Source: the human T2T-CHM13v2.0 reference genome, Homo sapiens
Assembly (NCBI RefSeq): GCF_009914755.1
Contig: NC_060943.1
Length of the DNA stretch: 64,000 nucleotides
Reading direction: 5' to 3' (one strand)
Both the position numbers and the translations under genes were made by a program. A model generated the notes under the pieces. It had not been told where the DNA came from, did not search any database, and saw only the letters and a program-made list of their open reading frames with translations. Positions 14,301 through 28,718 of this stretch are shown one piece after another. How positions within the stretch are numbered: the first letter of the stretch is position 1; each line of letters begins with the position of its first letter.

Positions 14301-14933
14301 ACACTGCACCAAATCTAGAACCAAGAAATGGGCCTGCAGCAGAATATGGTCGTGCCCTGTAGACTTGCCATTTCTGGCAGCATCTGCTCTTGTGTCTCTC
14401 ATGATACTATGTTCCCTGTTTGTGTAGGGCTTTTCACCCCTTGAGTTAACTGCATTCCCATGGCTTCCCCTACCACACTGTGAGCTCCACAAGGACATGG
14501 TTAGATCTAATTAGGCCTCCATCATTCTACTGTCTCCTATTCAGCTGCACACTGTCAAAATTTACAATTACCTGTATGTTTCTGTCTTCATCCCCTCAAG
14601 TACTGGAAGTCACAACCCCCACCCCTGCTCTGGTCTGCTTTGCTCCCTCCTGAGGATCCAGTGTCCAGCACATAGGAGGTCCCAGAGATCTGGGGTTCAG
14701 CTCAGGTTCAACAGATGTATGACCTTTGTAAGTACCAAGTATCAACCAATAAGTGTTACCAGTGTTGCTTAACTGAGTAAGTGGAGCCTTAATTCAGAAA
14801 CATTTGATGAAAAAAAATGGAAAAGTAAACAAACATCCTGTCAGGTTCAAATTTTCTTAATGGACTCTCTCTGCTTACTGTCCAGCCACCTCCCCACTGT
14901 CCTGCTCTGAACAACTTCTTTTCTCTCCACATG

Positions 14934-15420
14934 GAACATCAGAAGAGGTCCAAGTTACATGGCCCCTCTGACCTCTGAAGCTCTTCAGGGGCTGCCCCCA
15001 CCATGGGGTGAGGAGCTGCATTATGCTTCCCTCAGCTTTCATGGGATGAATCCTTCCAAGGGCACCTCCACTGAATACTCACAGGTCAGGACCCAGTGAG
15101 GAACCCACAAGAGCATCAGGCTTAGCCAGAAGATCCAGATCCTCTATAGGCAGGGGGCCAAAGGCTGATTATTGGAGATTTAATACCCCACAGGCAATGG
15201 GTTTATAGACATTATGGAACTTTCCTGCTATACTAACATCATCTTAGACTTTTCAAGCAAGGAGTCCTGGAATCAAATCTGTGCTCTTTCATTTGCTAAG
15301 TGTATGATATCATGCAAGCTTCTTAACCTTCCATGTCTCCATTTTGTGCTCTGTAGAATGGGTGCAAGACGTCCTATCTCAGAGATATTGTGAGGATTAA
15401 ATAAAGCTACACATGAAAAA
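14934..15420 (+). pseudogene. Orphan CD33-type terminal (ITIM) exon with 3'UTR
   Basis: 14934-14966 reads EHQKRSKLHGP. 15010-15099 reads EELHYASLSFHGMNPSKGTSTEYSQVRTQ*, close to the CD33 C-terminus as recalled (EELHYASLNFHGMNPSKDTSTEYSEVRTQ). No acceptor AG at the expected site, in-frame TGA 14976-14978, a frameshift, and AATAAA at 15400-15405. Confidence 0.85.
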
Positions 15421-15811
15421 CACCACTCCTGGTGCATAGTGACAGTTTGGTGCATAACGGTTCCTTCCCCCTCGAACAGAAGGCAATAGTGACATTTGGT
15501 CCAGAGTCGTGATGGTCTCATCCCTGAAACTGTATCAGCAACATGTCTGTCTCACTCGATGCTCAAAACCCCACCAGAGATGTCTTCCCTGACTTGCCCT
15601 CCAACATCATCTCTCTCTACTCCTGAATCTTTTCTTTCCATCTCACCTGTCTGCTGTCAAATTTTCTGTCTCCTTTAGGTCCTGCTACTGGCAAAGCCAG
15701 ATATTAGCACTTTGGGAATTTTCTAAAACTCAGGGCTGAACACAGTCAAAATAGTTCCCTAGCTCCTCAACCCACAAGAATTTGAAGCTTCTCAACGTGA
15801 AATTCTAAGTA

Positions 15812-16015
15812 AGGGATCAGCAAACCTCATTTGTAAAAGGCCAGACAGTAGATATTTTCAGCTTTGCAAGCCATAAGGTCTCTGTTGCAACTATTCAGCT
15901 CTGCCATTGTAGCACCAAAGCAGTCACAATCTGCAAACGAATTGTATGGCTGTGTTCTAGCAAAATGATATTTACTAAAACAGGCACCCCACGGGCTGTA
16001 GTGTGCTGGCCTCTA
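15812..16015. mobile_element. MER58A-like hAT MITE
   Basis: agggatcagcaaac...ctctgttgcaactattcagctctgccattgtagc...gggctgtagt; a second copy lies at ~26833-27052. Confidence 0.65.
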
Positions 16016-17064
16016 CTCTAGGTTCCCCTGAATTTCACTCAGTCTACTTCTCAATGGCACAGCCTACACTCAAGCCATGCTCTGTGGACCCCATTCAGAT
16101 GCATCTCTCCCTGTGGGTGTGCATCCACGTCCCTCCTCCATGAAGGACTGTCACCATGCCACCATCAGGCTAACACCTTCTTATTTTTCAAAATGACCTC
16201 AAAAGTGGATGTCTACATCAAGAAGATAGAGGGAAGCAGAAGCTCTAACCACCTTCCTAAAAAGCCTAAGTGAAATAATAAAAATCATTTTTAGAAAACC
16301 AGCAGCACCCAAACCATGACGGGGTGAACGCATTATGCCATAAGTTCATAATGACCCTTAAATAAACAGATGGAAGATTCTGGTGTTGCTTTAAAAAGCC
16401 ATGATGCCAAAACCTCACTCCCTTATCCCTCAAAGGGACAGCTGAGTCACATGTCTTTCTATGATAACGGCTGGCTGGTGATAGGGATCAATCTGTCCGC
16501 TAAAACATTAAAAGTTTACAATTAGATTTCCGGTCCAGACAAGATGACATCGGCCCATTTTGTCCCTGCTCCAACCCTCTAAGCAAAACTATAAATCCTG
16601 TAGATGGTTCAAGAGACACCAAAGGAGAACTCTGAAGTGTGATAAGAAGAAGCTGAGCTGGTTTAAGACCCCATGACTGGAGGAACAACACAGAGGCCAG
16701 GGATCTTGCATCTCCCCCGACCTGAGGGAGGACACCCCAACTCATCATTTCACAGCCCCTGACCCAGCAGCAGAAGGCAGCTAGGCGAGCTCCTAAGGTT
16801 CATCCTCTCCTGAGTGGAAGGGGATCCCCCGACCAACAACATCAGGAGAGTCCCACATCACTCAAAAAGGGGATCAGTGTGAGCCAGAAACAAGTGGCCA
16901 TGAAGCGCTATCATTCTCCATCAGGCCTGAGGCTCTCGTTTCCAGCCCAGAGATACTGAGACCAGTGGGCAGAACTGGAAAAAGAGATCCAGTCATAATG
17001 TCTAATATTCCTGACCCTCGGTTTGCTCCTTTATCAACTGTAAAGTCTAGTCTCTCACTTTCAG

Positions 17065-17066
<2 letters not shown>

Positions 17067-17102
<36 letters not shown>

Positions 17103-17103
17103 C

Positions 17104-17158
<55 letters not shown>
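17067..17158. repeat. Compound (GT)n(GA)n microsatellite
   Basis: Seen directly. Confidence 0.95.
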
Positions 17159-17161
<3 letters not shown>

Positions 17162-18433
17162 GTATAAAGCAAGGTATTTAAAGAGCAGTACAGAGATCAG
17201 TAAACAGGAGCTTACCAAGCCTCCTCCTTCCCTGTGGCTCAGCCAGGTGGCATGGACAGACACTGTCCACAGGAGGGACACTACTTGTGAGTTAACTGGA
17301 GCAGTAGGAAAAGGGGCCAGAGAGAAGAACCCAGCACCACCCAGTCCTGATTGTCTGCCACACCCCTGACTCCATCCATCCCTCTCAAGCAGGCCTGGAT
17401 GCTTCTCACCCCTCTACCCTTCTGGGCTAGGACTAGGACGCTAGCCTCTGGGTTCAAGACCTTCTGCAGAGTTGGGAAGCATCTGAGCTCAAATTGTCAC
17501 ACACAGTGACAGCTCCCCTGCCTGGGTCTTCCCAGGGGCCAGAATGTCTCCTAGTGGGTGGACCATCATCCCTGGGAGTTGTGAGGCAGAACCTTGATCA
17601 GACTCCAGTGCAAAGGTGGCAGGAGCCCAGGGAAGGGTCTGGTGACTTCCTAGGTTAATGAAGCTGGTCAGGGGTAACTGAGACCCTCCAGGGTGTGCTT
17701 TCATCCTCAGACTTGGGCTCCTTACTCGATATGGGTATTAACCAGGGATTGGTGTAGTTCCGGGAAAAGGATAGAATACATGGGTATCCCCAGTAATTAG
17801 ATGGGAATAATAAAGCTGATCTTGGGTATCATTGGTAGGAAAGTGTTAATCACTCAAGATTCTTAGGATATTTTACAGCTATTACAAGACCTTGGGAAAC
17901 AAAGTTTCCTTGTGATGTTGCAGCTGTCCTCCCACTAGGCCTGAATAAGTGCAAGGCTGCTACTTCTCTTTCTCCATCTGAGCAGATTTTCACTTTTTCA
18001 CTCTGTGAAAAGATTTTCCTCTGTGTTTTCTGGCATTTGCGTCTGGAGCCTTCTGTTCTCTCTGTGTGTGTGATCTCAGACACTCCAAGGCTCTCACCCC
18101 TGATTTCTCCCTAGACACTTCCTGCAGTTTCTGTCTAACTCAGGCTGTCCTGATCCCCAGAGTCATGAAGTGGCAGGAAGTCTGGGCCCTGTTGATAGGG
18201 CCCTGAGACCTACAGAGAAGAACTTCATGCCCTTCTAACATTCCCCTATGTGTGCCTTTCTGAGGGCTCAGGGGTGCCCATGCAGGGGCCTGGCTTCCTC
18301 CACACCTGTGGCCTTTCCAAGATCTATTACACCAGGTGATCACACCCTCCCCAAGGTAATCCCTTATCTAACCTTATGTAAGTCCCCCAAACCCTACAAC
18401 AGGGCTCGCCAGCTGGTCCTCCCCAGAGCTAGC

Positions 18434-18702
18434 CTTTTTTTTTTTTTTTTTTTTTGAGATGGAGTCTCTGTCTGTCGCCAGGCTGCAGTGCAGTGGTGTG
18501 ATCTCAGCTCACTGCAACCTCAGCCTCCAGAGTAGCTGGAACTACAGGTGCATGCCACCATACCTGGCTAATTTTTCTATTTTTGGTAGAGACGGGGTTT
18601 CACCATGTTGGCCAGGATGGTCTCAATCTCTTGACCTTGTGATCCACCCACTTCGGCCTCCCAAAGTGCTGGGATTACAGGCATGAGCCACCGCGCCCAG
18701 CC
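18434..18702 (-). mobile_element. Alu with internal deletion
   Basis: Poly-T plus Alu; gcaacctc joins directly to agcctccagagtagctgg; flanked by cccagagc(t/c)agcc TSD-like repeats. Confidence 0.85.
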
Positions 18703-19460
18703 CAGAGCCAGCCTTTTCAGGCATCTGACATCACTACTGTTTTTTTCCTGGCAGGGTTGGAGACCTCCAGAGAAGGAAGGTGAGAAAAATTTGAGTTCCT
18801 TTCTCCCTCAGGACAGAGGAAGATCCTGGACATGGGAGCCCGAAGGGAAGGTCCAGACATGGAGACTCCATGATTATTAGCTCCCAAACCTCTCTCTTCT
18901 CTCCTAACCCACCTTCACACATCAGAGAAGCTCTTTGCTGATTTGGCCCTGCCATACACAGAAAAACCAAAGAACTTCTCTTCACTCTGATATCTGGCTT
19001 CCAAAACTATTCCCTATAGTTGTGAGTAAGCAAAGCAGGGAGAAGGAAGACATATGTATTTTTATAATGCTTTATTTACCAAAATTAAAGAAGTACTTTA
19101 TGCAAGATTGTGCTACTTGTGTGTTTACCTTTCTGTAGATTTGGTAAGCCTGCCAATCAACACATATTTATCACCTACTGCGCGCAAAGCAAGTCCACAG
19201 TGCTTTTGAAAGTTGTACGTCTTTGCCTTCAGGGACTCACTTTCCATAGTGGGACCTCAGTATGCAGTGAGGAAACTTATCCTCTCACCTGCTCCCTGCC
19301 CACCTCCAATCTGTTCTCCACAGGGAAGACAGAGTAAATTCTAAAAATCCACTTTTCTGCTCCCTTCAGTGGCTTCCCATCACCCAAATGGGAATAGCAG
19401 AAATTCTTAAGATGAGTCCAAGGTGTTACATGCAGTATCATATATATGTATACATATATG

Positions 19461-19749
19461 TATACATATATATGTACATAGTATATGTGTGTGTATACAT
19501 ATATATGTACATAGTATATGTGTGTGTATACATATATATGTACATAGTATATGTGTGTGTATACATATATATGTACATAGTATATGTGTGTGTATACATA
19601 TATATGTACATAGTATATGTGTGTGTATACATATATATGTACATAGTATATGTGTGTGTATACATATATATGTACATAGTATATGTGTGTGTATACATAT
19701 ATATGTACATAGTATATGTGTGTGTATACATATATATGTACATAGTATA
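19461..19749. repeat. AT-rich minisatellite, 33-bp unit tatacatatatatgtacatagtatatgtgtgtg, ~8.7 near-identical copies
   Basis: Seen directly; 11-aa periodicity in the spurious ORFs over it. Confidence 0.95.
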
Positions 19750-20089
19750 CGAGGAGATGGAGTTGGAGGTTCAGTGAAGATGTGCAAACCTGGATTTCCT
19801 CGGACCCTGGAGCAGAGAGGATGAGGAACGTGTTTGAGGCCAAAGGGGTCAACGGGTGGGTGGGGGTGTGGGTGGGGGTGGGGGGCTGCAGTCAATCACT
19901 GACTGGCTTATGGATGATTGACATAAAGGCTGGGTTGCCAGGGAGCCCAGTGACTCACAGCGTGAACCCGATTACCTGGTCTACACAGGCGGTAACCGTG
20001 TGACTAGCGACTGAGTGCCTTACAGGGGACGACCTCCTAAGAGGCTGACTGGCAGGAGCCCAGCTAACTGCTGGCCAGGGCAGGCCGTG

Positions 20090-21430
20090 GGGGCGCGTTA
20101 CCTGATTGTCTGAGGAACTGGCTGGCGCGGGGACTGACGCTGACTCGCGGGGCGCTGCCCTGGTCACGGCCTCAGCTCCTCACCGGCCGCCTCACTGGGG
20201 CGACGGCCGCTGGCTGCCCTCGGGCTGAGCAGGTGACTGGCGTGGTGGAGGCGGAGGAATGCGCGGCGGGCTCCTGGTGATCTCCTGAGGGTCCGCGGTC
20301 TTGCCTCGTGACTGATCCAGAATGGGCCTTGGACCCCACAAGGGGCTCGGGGGCCTCGCGGGCCTGAGGGTGACACTGGCGGCCTCACGGGCCTGGGCTG
20401 CCCCACGCTCCAAGGGGTCAGCTGACTGAGGGACGCCCTGCTCTCCTGGAAGCCCACTTTGCGCAGTCCCGATACAGGTCCCGCAGCCGAGGACTGCCGG
20501 GGACTCCCACAGGCCAGGCACTGCTGTGAGGCCAGGAATCCTCCATCAGCGCGCGGAGAAAGCGGTGTGAAGGCTCCGCTGTCGCCCTGGGCCCAGCCCG
20601 CGCGCCTCGCACGTTGTGCGTCTACCCCACAGCCAATCAGTGGCTGCACAGGCCTCTTTAGTAGCCAATCAGCAGCTTCAGGTGCCTATTACGCAGCAGA
20701 TCTGCGAGGCAGATGGAGCTTTCCCCCACGGACACTTGCCTCTGGGAGCTGACGCACAGCCAATCAGGAGCTGAAAGTGCAAGTCCCTCCCCGCACCTTC
20801 AGGCCCAGAGGAATCCTACGGGCTTGAGCCAATCAGCAGCCGCGGGCGGTGCCAGGAACGTTTGGGCGCCAAATTTCTTCTCAGCGAGTCCTTTCCTGAC
20901 CGCGTTCTTGAAACCACGCTCCTCTCCAGCCAGCCCTGAGGACTCCGTTCCTCTTGATTAAATCTGCTTTATTTTCTCACACTTTACCCACTGCACACTT
21001 TCGAAACACTTCTTGCTACTCAACAATATTTTTGTGGCCGCCCCGCTAGGATACAGGCGCACTGCGGGCAGAATTTTGGCCGTTTTTTTCTCGCCGCTGT
21101 TTCCCCCACGGCCTTTGGCTGCGCCCTGCTCGCTGCTCTGGGATGAACTTGCCTTTCAGGCAGCCCTGCCCATCTCTCACCTCCCAGCTCACCTGTCCCA
21201 CCTGCCCGCGGATCCTCACCCTCTCCGCTGGGCTCCCACAGCCCCGTCCTCCCCGCTGGCTCAGCCCGGACCCCGCCAGGCTGTGCCCGCCTCTGTCTCC
21301 CCTGCCCGTGGCCGGTGCCCCTCCAGGCTCCGCCTCGCCCAGCCCAGACGCCCAGGCGGCTCCGCCCCATAGATGGGAGGCAACTGCCCAGGGTGCAGGG
21401 GCAGCGAGGGGCTGCGGCTGAGAGCCCTGC
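20090..21430. promoter_or_regulatory. CpG island with four CCAAT (NF-Y) boxes and an E2F-like site; candidate promoter, possibly of an antisense lncRNA
   Basis: High GC and CpG density; CCAAT at 20633, 20665, 20760 and 20829, each within AGCCAATCAG; GGCGCCAAA at 20865-20873. Confidence 0.7.
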
Positions 21431-21889
21431 CCGGTCCTGGGGAGGGAGGGAGAGTGTGGGTGGAGGGGGCAGCCCTGCAGATGTCAGAGACAGGGCGGCA
21501 GCAGCACAGGTTTCCTCTGGTGAGGAGCCCTTCCCTTCCCTTTTCTCCTTCCATCCTCTGAGCATCCCATGTTACAGGCTGTCCCAGACCCCTGTGGGGC
21601 TCTGCATCCACCGCGGTCCACACCGGGCTGTGCTCACAGGAACACATCGAATCCTCTCGACCACTCCATGGACTCTCTTGCCAGGGCCGCCTTGAGAAAG
21701 GAACACAGACCGAGTGGCTTCAACAACGCCTTTGTTTTCCCACCCTTCTGGAGGCTGGAAGTCTGAGACCAAGCTGTGGTCAGCGTTGCTTCCTTCTGAG
21801 GCCTCTCGGTGGCTTGCGGGTGGCATCTTCTCCCTGTGTCCCACGTGGCCTTTCTTCTGAGCATGTCTCTGTCCTAATCACTAATCGCT

Positions 21890-21891
<2 letters not shown>

Positions 21892-21934
<43 letters not shown>

Positions 21935-22208
21935 AGACAGTGCCTTGCTCTGTCGCCCAGGCTGGAGCACAGTGGCGCGATCTCAGCTCTGTAGCCTCTG
22001 TCTGTTCAAGCGATTCTCCTGCCTCAGCCTCCCGCGTAGCTGGGATCACAGGCATGCGCCACCATGTCCGGCTAATTTTGGTATTTTTAGTAGAGACGGG
22101 GTTTCCCCATGTTGGCCAGGCTGGTCTCGAACTCCTGACTTCAGGTGATCCGCCCGCCTCGGCCTCCCAAAGTGCTGGGATTACAGGTGTGAGACACCGC
22201 ACCCTGCC
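21892..22208 (-). mobile_element. Alu (S-like) with ~40-nt pure tail
   Basis: Poly-T plus Alu consensus. Confidence 0.9.
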
Positions 22209-25200
22209 TGAGATGATCTCTTGGGGTCACTTTTATCTATATGTCTTCTGTTTCCCCCAAAAAAATGTTTCAAGAAAACTTACATGGGTCTAAGGAGGCT
22301 CCACCTCCCAGGGTCCCCCACCACTCCCTCTCAGCCTGCAGCCACACAGTTAAAAATAGTCTTCTGTTTAATTCAGGTGCACGTTTCTTCTCCAAAATAA
22401 TCCTGCCCAGCACTGAGGGTGTACGCCCCAGGCCTGGGGTCCTCGCTCCATGGCTCCTGTTCACCTGGACTCCTGGGAGCAGCACTTGCAGGAGCAAAGC
22501 CCTGGGTCCAGCAGACGCCGCCTGCTGTGGACTAACCAGGGGAAGTGTGGCTGAATGAGATGCCAGCGGTGAAGAAACCCCTCCTGATGTCCAGGTAACC
22601 ACAACGAAGGGAGAAGTGTCTGCCCTTTTCAAATTGACGCCTTCTGTCCTGACCCTCCTTTCCAAGCCTCACTGAACAACAGCCTCAGTTTCCCCGGCCT
22701 CCTGCAGGCTGGGCTCCCCTCAGTGTCCTTGGCACGTATCAACACACAAAATCTTCCACAGCCCCGCATCCCTCTGCTCAGTCCTCCTGAGACTGAACCC
22801 TCAACCTAGGGGAGAGCGACCCCACCTGCCTGAGCCCTGCACTGAAGCTCCTGTCATGGGAAGCTCAGATGTCAGGAGCCTCATTGTCTCCCCACTGCAC
22901 AGTGACTCCTTGGGGACAGCGTCCAGCTCTGCCTTGTTGATCTCGTCGTGCAGAAAGGGGGTGCCCACCTTGCAGCTGCTGAGGGAGGGAGGAGAGGCTG
23001 CCTGCTCACACCGCTTGCACCCCTGTCTCTCATGGCCCTGAGTCTCACCTTTGGCAGGTCTGACCTCCACAAACAGTGATAGCCACAGAGGAGACTCGGG
23101 GGTCTGGCCAGATGGACCCAGTTTCACCCTGCAGAGGCAAGGGTGAGACAGAGAGGCAGGATGTGGAGATCAGTCTCGGCATGGGGAGGGAATCTGGGTG
23201 AGTCTCTCACCCTGTCTGAGTTCAGGGACCCAGGAGTGGATGTGGGATTGTAGATGATTGATCTCCAAGGGCGGACCCTGACAGTGTCTGGGTTGTGAAG
23301 TTCCTCCTCTGAGGAGGTCACTGTTCCGACCTCGCCCCTGTCTTCCTGTGGGGCCTCCTCTAAGTCTTGAGCCCTCAGTTCCTGAGAGAAGAACCCTGAG
23401 GAACAGACGTTCCCTGGCAGCCCTGGCACCTACAACCCCAGACATGCTGCTGCTGCTGCCCCTGCTCTGGGGGAGGGAGGGGGTGGAGGGACAGGGACAG
23501 CAAGAGAATGGTTACACACTGCAAGTGCAGAGGGAGGTGAGGGTGCAGGAGGGCCTGTGTGTCCACGTGCCCTCCTCCTTCTCCCACCCCCAGGTTGCCT
23601 TGACTAACTCTCCCCAAGTTCATGGCTACTGGTTCCAGGAAGGGGCTGACACAGCCCAGGATGCTCCAATGGCTACGAACAACCCAAAACGAAAAGTGAA
23701 GAAGGAGACCCAGGGCCGATTCCGTCTCTCTGGAAACCTGCAGATGAACGACTGCTCCCTGAGCATCGGAGACGCCAGGAGGAAGGACCAGGGGTCATTT
23801 TCTTTCGCATGGAGAGAGGAAGCATGAGATGGAATTACGCGTCTAACCAGCTCCACGTGTTGGTGACGGGTAAGGCGCAGGCTCCAGAAGCAGCACAAGA
23901 AAAGGTCCTGGGGCTGCAGCTCAGGGGTGGGTTGGGACCCCTGTCCTGGGAGGGGGTTGGGGGTGAAGCGTGTCGGGCTCATGGGAGGCACTGGACCAGA
24001 GCCTGAGCTTCCCCAGGGCTGCACCTCAGACCTCCCCTCCCGATCCTGCACCCAACCCTCTCCTCACCAGCCCTGACCCACAGGCCCAATATCTCCTCCC
24101 TGGGGACCATGGAGTCCGGCCGCCCGGGAAACCTGACCTGCTCTGTGTCCTGGGCCTGTGAGCAGGGGATACCCCTACCATCTCCTGGATGGGGACCTCC
24201 GTGTCCTTCCCGGGCCGCACCACAGCCCGCTCCTCAGTGCTCACCCTCATCCCAAAGCCCCAGGACCATGGCACCAACCTCACCTGTCAGGTGACCCTGC
24301 CTGAGGCTGGTGTGACCTTGACCAGGACTGTCCAATTCAATGCGTCCTGTGAGTGCTGGGCCGGGATGCCTGGGTCCCTGGTGGGGTGGGGTGTTGCTGA
24401 GAGCAGCAGGATTGGGGTCAAGGGTGCTGGCTCCCAGAATCTGGGCTTGGAGTGGCTGGCTCTACTTTCCCCATTTACGCGGCTCCTGGGGAGACAGGGC
24501 CAGTGTCCCCAGCCCTCACAGTGATGTGGGTCTGCGTGTCTTTCTGTCCCAGACCCTCCTCAGAACTTGACTGTGGCTATCTTCCAAGCAGACGGCACAG
24601 GTAGGACAGAGCCCCCTCCCTGGGGCTGGGGGAGCAAGGTCTGCAGCTCAGGGCAGGGCCAGGTCCTCCGCATCCTGGACTCACCCTGGTGACCTGAGAC
24701 CCCCTTGTGGGTGAATCCAGTGCCCCTGCCCATCCTCAGCCCCTGTGGCCACCTGAGCCCCTGTTCCCATCCCGCCCTCACTCCCCTTAGAATCCTCCAC
24801 ACGCACCCTCCTTGGCCCCACAGCAAGGGCAGGGGGACATTGATACAGCAGGGCCAGCCTCGAGGGTCCTGATCATCAACCTCCTGAACACACCTCTTTC
24901 TCTACAGCATCCACAGCCTTGGGGAACAGCTCATCCCTCTCAGTCCTGGAGGGCCAGTCTCTGCGCCTGGTCTGTGCTGTCGACAGCAATCCCCCTGCCA
25001 GGCTGAGCTGGACCCAAGGGAGCCTGACCCTGAGCCCCTCACAGTCCTCGAACCATGGGCTGCTGAAGCTGCCTCGAGTGCACGCGAGGGATGAAGGGGA
25101 ATTCACCTGCCGAGCTCAGAACCCTCGGGGCTCCCAGCACATTTCCCTGAGCCTCTCCCTGCAGAATGAGGGCACAGGTGGGTAGGGGAGGGGCTGGAGG

Positions 25201-26832
25201 AGGAGAACACACCTGCGCCACCCTCATGGGCCACCCACTGCCCGTGAGCTTCAAGGGGGAGCTCAGCTCTGGTGTGTGCTCAGCTGTGAGGCCTAGAACT
25301 TCCCCACAACCCAGAGCATCACTGTCCTCTCCCCGCCAGGAAATGGGCGCGGGGTGGGGAGAGGGGAGGAGTGGGTCTTGGAGGGGAGGAGCTGGGGCCC
25401 GGCCAGGTGTATCTGGGGAGACAAGTGCCTTGCTTTGCAGTGCTTAGACTAGGAAGAGGCACGTGAAGCACTTGCCTTGGTACCAAATTTAAGAACCAAA
25501 ACTAAAGCAAGAGAAATAATACTGTGACACGATAATCATTTTTAAAAAATAAAAATTAATGCAAAATAATTCCATGGCGAATACAAATCAAAATTTTAAA
25601 TTAAAAAAAAAACTGCACCCAGCACTGTCATGCCTCACTGGCCTCACCAGAAGTCCGTAATCCTCCTCCTTCTGATGCCCGCTCTTTGTGTCTGGGAAAG
25701 CTGGGAGGAGAATCAAAGTCGAGGGCCTTACAGGCAGCAGAAGCTGAGGAGACCCAGTTATTGAAGGTAAATCCCAGAGATAACTCCAATCCATCTGCAG
25801 GCACCACATGGCCTGTATCAGGAGTGATGCTGGGGGTGGTCGGGGGAGCTGGAGCCACAGCCCTGGTCTTCCTGTCCTTCTGCGTCATCTTCATCGTGTG
25901 AGCATTGACCCTGGGGAGGGAGGGAGACCCCTGAGGGAGGGCAGGCCAGGAACAGAATCCCTGAAGCCAGAGCTGGAGGGACCTGCATGGTCAAGAGCTT
26001 AAAGCAAGGGCAAGAAGGAGGTCACAGGTGCACGGTGGGAATTTCACAAGCATCTTTGTTCGTGAGGCTCCAAGTCTATGGCAAACCTCAGGCCCCACTA
26101 GCCAGAAGGCAGGAACCTGTGTTCTCAACACCGGGGTCCCTGGGACTGGTTCACCCCTCTCTCACCTCAGTCATCCCTCCAGCCCTTTAATAGGAAACAT
26201 GGTGGGGCGGGGGGTCGGTCCACCCACTACACCTTGATCGGTACAGACTGAAAGACTCTGGTCTCTTCACTCAGAGTGAGGTCCTGCAGGAAGAAATCAG
26301 CAAGGCCAGCAGCGGGCATCAGGGATATGGGCATGGAGGATGCAAACGCTGTCAGGGGCTCAGCCTATCAGGTGAGCGATGTGGGCATCTCCATACCCAG
26401 CATTCAGCCTGGACACCTCCCACAGGATGGCCCCCAGGATTGCTCAGCTAGTCCTGGCCAAAGTTGCCTCCTCACCTCCTCCTCCTACCTACAAGCTGGC
26501 TTCTCCTGCAGGATTCCCCCATCTTGCTGACAGCATGGCAGCCCCTCCTCCCAGACCAAGCATGGAGGAGGATTACATCCTCTCTGTCCTCCCTGTCTTC
26601 CTCTACAGCTGAAAATTCACCGTTATCTTGTCAATTTGCCCCACAAAGAACAGCTAGCATCACCCCCGCCCAACCTGACCCTCTCATTGCTGAGGCCTCA
26701 GGATCTTTTCCTTGGGCCTTGTCACCTCCCTACTTCTCACCTCCCCTTCCCTATCTGGAGGGACCATCTGGAAGGCATCACTGCCCAGTTCTTCTGCATT
26801 TGGACAGCTGTCCTCCACCCCCATTGTCTAGA

Positions 26833-27052
26833 TCAGAGGCCAGCAAACATTTTCTGAAATACCAGATGGTAAGTATTTTTAGCTTTGTGGACTATACAGT
26901 TGCTGTTGCAGCTACTCAACTCTGCTGCTGTAGAATGAAATGAGCCGTAGACCATGTGTTAATGGTGAGTTGGACTGTGTTCCAATAAAACTTTATTAAC
27001 AAAAACAAGCAATGGGCCAGATTTAATCCAAGGGCTGTAGTTTGCCAACCCC
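26833..27052. mobile_element. MER58A-like hAT MITE
   Basis: cagaggccagcaaac...ccaataaaactttatt...gggctgtagtttgccaacccctg. Confidence 0.7.
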
Positions 27053-27287
27053 TGACAAAGCCCAAACTCCTCAGCCTGGAGCCCTGCACGTTCTGGCCTG
27101 TTAGGCACCTACCTCTCCAGGAGGGCCAGAGTTAGCGTAAGAAGAGTGAGGCACTTGCTTTGAATGCAACATTTAAGGGGATGCCAAAAATCTCAGTAAT
27201 TGAGAAAAACTAAGTTTCATGCATTGTTTTTTAAAACATCAAAATTAAATTTAAAAAAACCAATGATAAGCCAATATCAAGATTTTA

Positions 27288-27625
<338 letters not shown>

Positions 27626-27922
27626 AAACTGAAGTGAATTAAGAATTATTTAAGATCATCACTTAGTCAAGAGAAATTATCAAGTAGGGCAGTGTTCTCA
27701 GTTGAAAATGAGAGAATCAAAGTCGAATTTGAAAATATTATTTCTGCCTTGCTTCCAGTAGAGCCAGGAAAGCAGATTATAATAAATTCTGCTCTAGGTA
27801 TACGTAAAATCTTTAAACTTAAAATGATGTTTTATTATACACCATTTTTCAATTTGTCAGTAGTAGCTCAATTATTTAATGTTCCGGATAAAAGTGACCA
27901 TTAAACATACATGAAAACATAT

Positions 27923-28329
<407 letters not shown>

Positions 28330-28408
28330 TTAAAAATCCTGGATTTCTTTAAATGTTTGTTCTCCATGGAGTTTTTTGGCACTAATTTTGATTTTAAAAT
28401 ATTACATG

Positions 28409-28718
<310 letters not shown>

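Noticed and set aside
17160-17290. TATA-like motifs after the GA repeat, followed by an ATG and gtgagt
   Set aside because: No downstream exon homology recognised; insufficient support for a gene
19277-19895. Several 100-190 aa ORFs with Y/V/H/I repeats; superficially array-like
   Set aside because: They are translations of the 33-bp minisatellite. There are no unique spacers, so it is not a CRISPR array.
20164-21695. Many overlapping 100-180 aa ORFs on both strands
   Set aside because: GC-rich, stop-poor CpG island; no recognisable domain
21780-22293. 140-159 aa ORFs, and similar ones at other Alus
   Set aside because: Alu-derived translations
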